Shown here piece by piece: positions 57,254 to 58,054 of a DNA stretch of 58,054 nt; position 1 is the first letter of the stretch; each line of letters begins with the position of its first letter. The notes under the pieces were generated by a model. That model worked only from the letters and a program-made list of their open reading frames with translations. It ran no database searches and had not been told where the DNA came from. A program made the position numbers and the translations under genes. Source of the stretch: a virus (taxonomy: Duplodnaviria; Caudoviricetes); IMG/VR virus record IMGVR_UViG_3300032234_000118, positions 1 to 58,054 of that record; one strand, 5' to 3'.

Positions 57254-58045
57254 CTACCCTATTTTACTCATGTTTCCATGAGGATCGGACTATATCATCA
57301 CTTATTTTTATTATAAGTGGAGGATGCTCTGGGCTCACCTTAGTGTCCCTAGTCTCTGAACCTTCCTTGATCTTCCCCAAGGCTCGGCTGCTGATTGGCA
57401 TATCTATTATGACTTAGCTTTCCAGCAATTCTTCCTCTTTATACAGGACCCGTCTTAAATTTTTTGTTAATAGTTCTAGTTCATCAATAGATAAATTTTG
57501 TTTAGCAGTATTAGCTCTATGTGAAATAACTAATATGTTATTTTTGACATATCCTAAATCTGGTATTATTCTATCTAACGATGGACTATTTGATGAATGT
57601 TTTTTATCATTTACATGTAATGGAATATTTAATAAAGGACATACTTTGGGTATTACAATATCAGTATATGAAATATCAAAAGGTACCCCTTTATTAATTG
57701 CTCTTTTTTTTGCATGAGCAATCATTACTTTTCTAGGATCTTTATGATATCTAACTTTCCTTGATTCTTTAGATGAATACCTATCAATTCGTATTGCATT
57801 TAATGAACATTTTTTACAGGTACTTCTATAATAAAGAGTTTTGCATTTTTTAGATGGATCTTTAGTAGTTGGACTTGCCATTCTTATTCTACTACTAAAG
57901 CAATCTAACGGTAGCCATACCATACATGACGTACATTTTCTTGTATTATTATCTTTATTATAATTTTTCATCGGTGCTATTCTTAGTTCCATATACAATA
58001 ATTTTATTGCACAAGGTACTAACAAAAAATTTAATTTCCAAATTA
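57254..58045 (-). mobile_element. Group I self-splicing intron (792 nt) inserted in the ung GQD|PY motif
   Basis: 5' exon ends in U and the intron ends in G. Core elements are P GAAUUGCUGGAA (57420-57431), Q AAUCAGCAGCC (57386-57396), R GUUCAGAGACUA (57350-57361) and S GAUAUAGUCC (57287-57296). There is a P9 GAAA hairpin (57267-57282) and an IGS ACGG-GUCCUGU (57443-57453). Confidence 0.93.
57414..57992 (-). CDS. Intron-encoded His-Me finger (HNH-like) homing endonuclease
   Basis: CTSC..CKKC zinc finger; CPLL..SPSLDRIIPDLGYVKNNILVISHRANTAK. ATG at 57992 (or 57971). Confidence 0.8.
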   Translation of the reverse strand: MELRIAPMKNYNKDNNTRKCTSCMVWLPLDCFSSRIRMASPTTKDPSKKCKTLYYRSTCKKCSLNAIRIDRYSSKESRKVRYHKDPRKVMIAHAKKRAINKGVPFDISYTDIVIPKVCPLLNIPLHVNDKKHSSNSPSLDRIIPDLGYVKNNILVISHRANTAKQNLSIDELELLTKNLRRVLYKEEELLES

Positions 58046-58054
58046 ATCCTGTCC
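58046..58054 (-). CDS. ung: Uracil-DNA glycosylase, 3' end of exon 1 (truncated by the window)
   Basis: GGA CAG GAT = G-Q-D, which joins CCG TAC (P-Y) to give GQDPY. Confidence 0.85.

Larger units (their letters stand above)
1..58054. other. Fragment of a crAss-like (Crassvirales-type) bacteriophage genome, probable Bacteroidota host
   Basis: Gene order is IHF-like, ring proteins, muzzle, cargo proteins, giant DFDID RNA polymerase, converging on a PolB/primase/DnaB/UDG block. No integrase or host housekeeping operons seen. Confidence 0.9.

Noticed and set aside
1378-57717. Short antisense or alternate-frame ORFs in the track (e.g. 6738-6965, 15453-15755, 27921-28346, 40920-41291, 46839-47135, 57217-57417)
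   Set aside because: They are nested in long genes or the intron core, have S/L/F-rich shadow composition and show no motifs.
57993-58025. Listed non-ATG start of the endonuclease at 58025
   Set aside because: In-frame ATGs at 57992 and 57971 are more plausible; the extension is AT-rich intron leader.
1-58054. Stop-codon reassignment (TAG or TGA), as in some Crassvirales
   Set aside because: Genes are intact and densely packed under the standard code. TAG ends genes at 1381 and 3989, and TGA ends genes in ATGA overlaps.
1-58054. CRISPR array, tRNA, rRNA, integrase, or reverse transcriptase/DGR
   Set aside because: No spaced direct repeats, cloverleafs or relevant protein motifs were seen. 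Intergenic gaps are short. A tRNAscan/Infernal run would be needed to be certain.

Overview
This is a 58-kb AT-rich fragment of a crAss-like (Crassvirales-type) phage genome. The host is most likely a Bacteroidota member: there are TAnnTTTG promoter boxes and no obvious Shine-Dalgarno sequences. The standard genetic code is used. The + strand (1-43863) carries the late/virion block: cysteine-rich fibre or decoration proteins, an IHF-like protein, two tail ring proteins, the muzzle/stabilization protein, GG-motif-rich internal proteins, and three giant ejected proteins including a 4376-aa virion RNA polymerase (DFDID motif) with an embedded NADAR domain. The - strand (43901-58054) carries the replication block: a MazG-like pyrophosphatase, family B DNA polymerase, PD-(D/E)XK exonuclease, primase, Sak4-like ATPase, DnaB helicase and uracil-DNA glycosylase. 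Four observations stand out. (1) The three giant proteins (7,805 aa in total) contain only 4 cysteines, all within 4 residues of the termini that face each other across the two gene junctions, suggesting a head-to-tail linked ejection chain. (2) A complete group I intron, with a homing endonuclease in its P1 loop, splits the UDG catalytic motif (GQD|PY). (3) The internal proteins are punctuated by about 20 phi-x-x-GG motifs and share terminal modules, suggesting polyprotein-like processing or targeting. (4) A NADAR domain is delivered with the virion. All family assignments come from motif recognition by eye; no searches were run.
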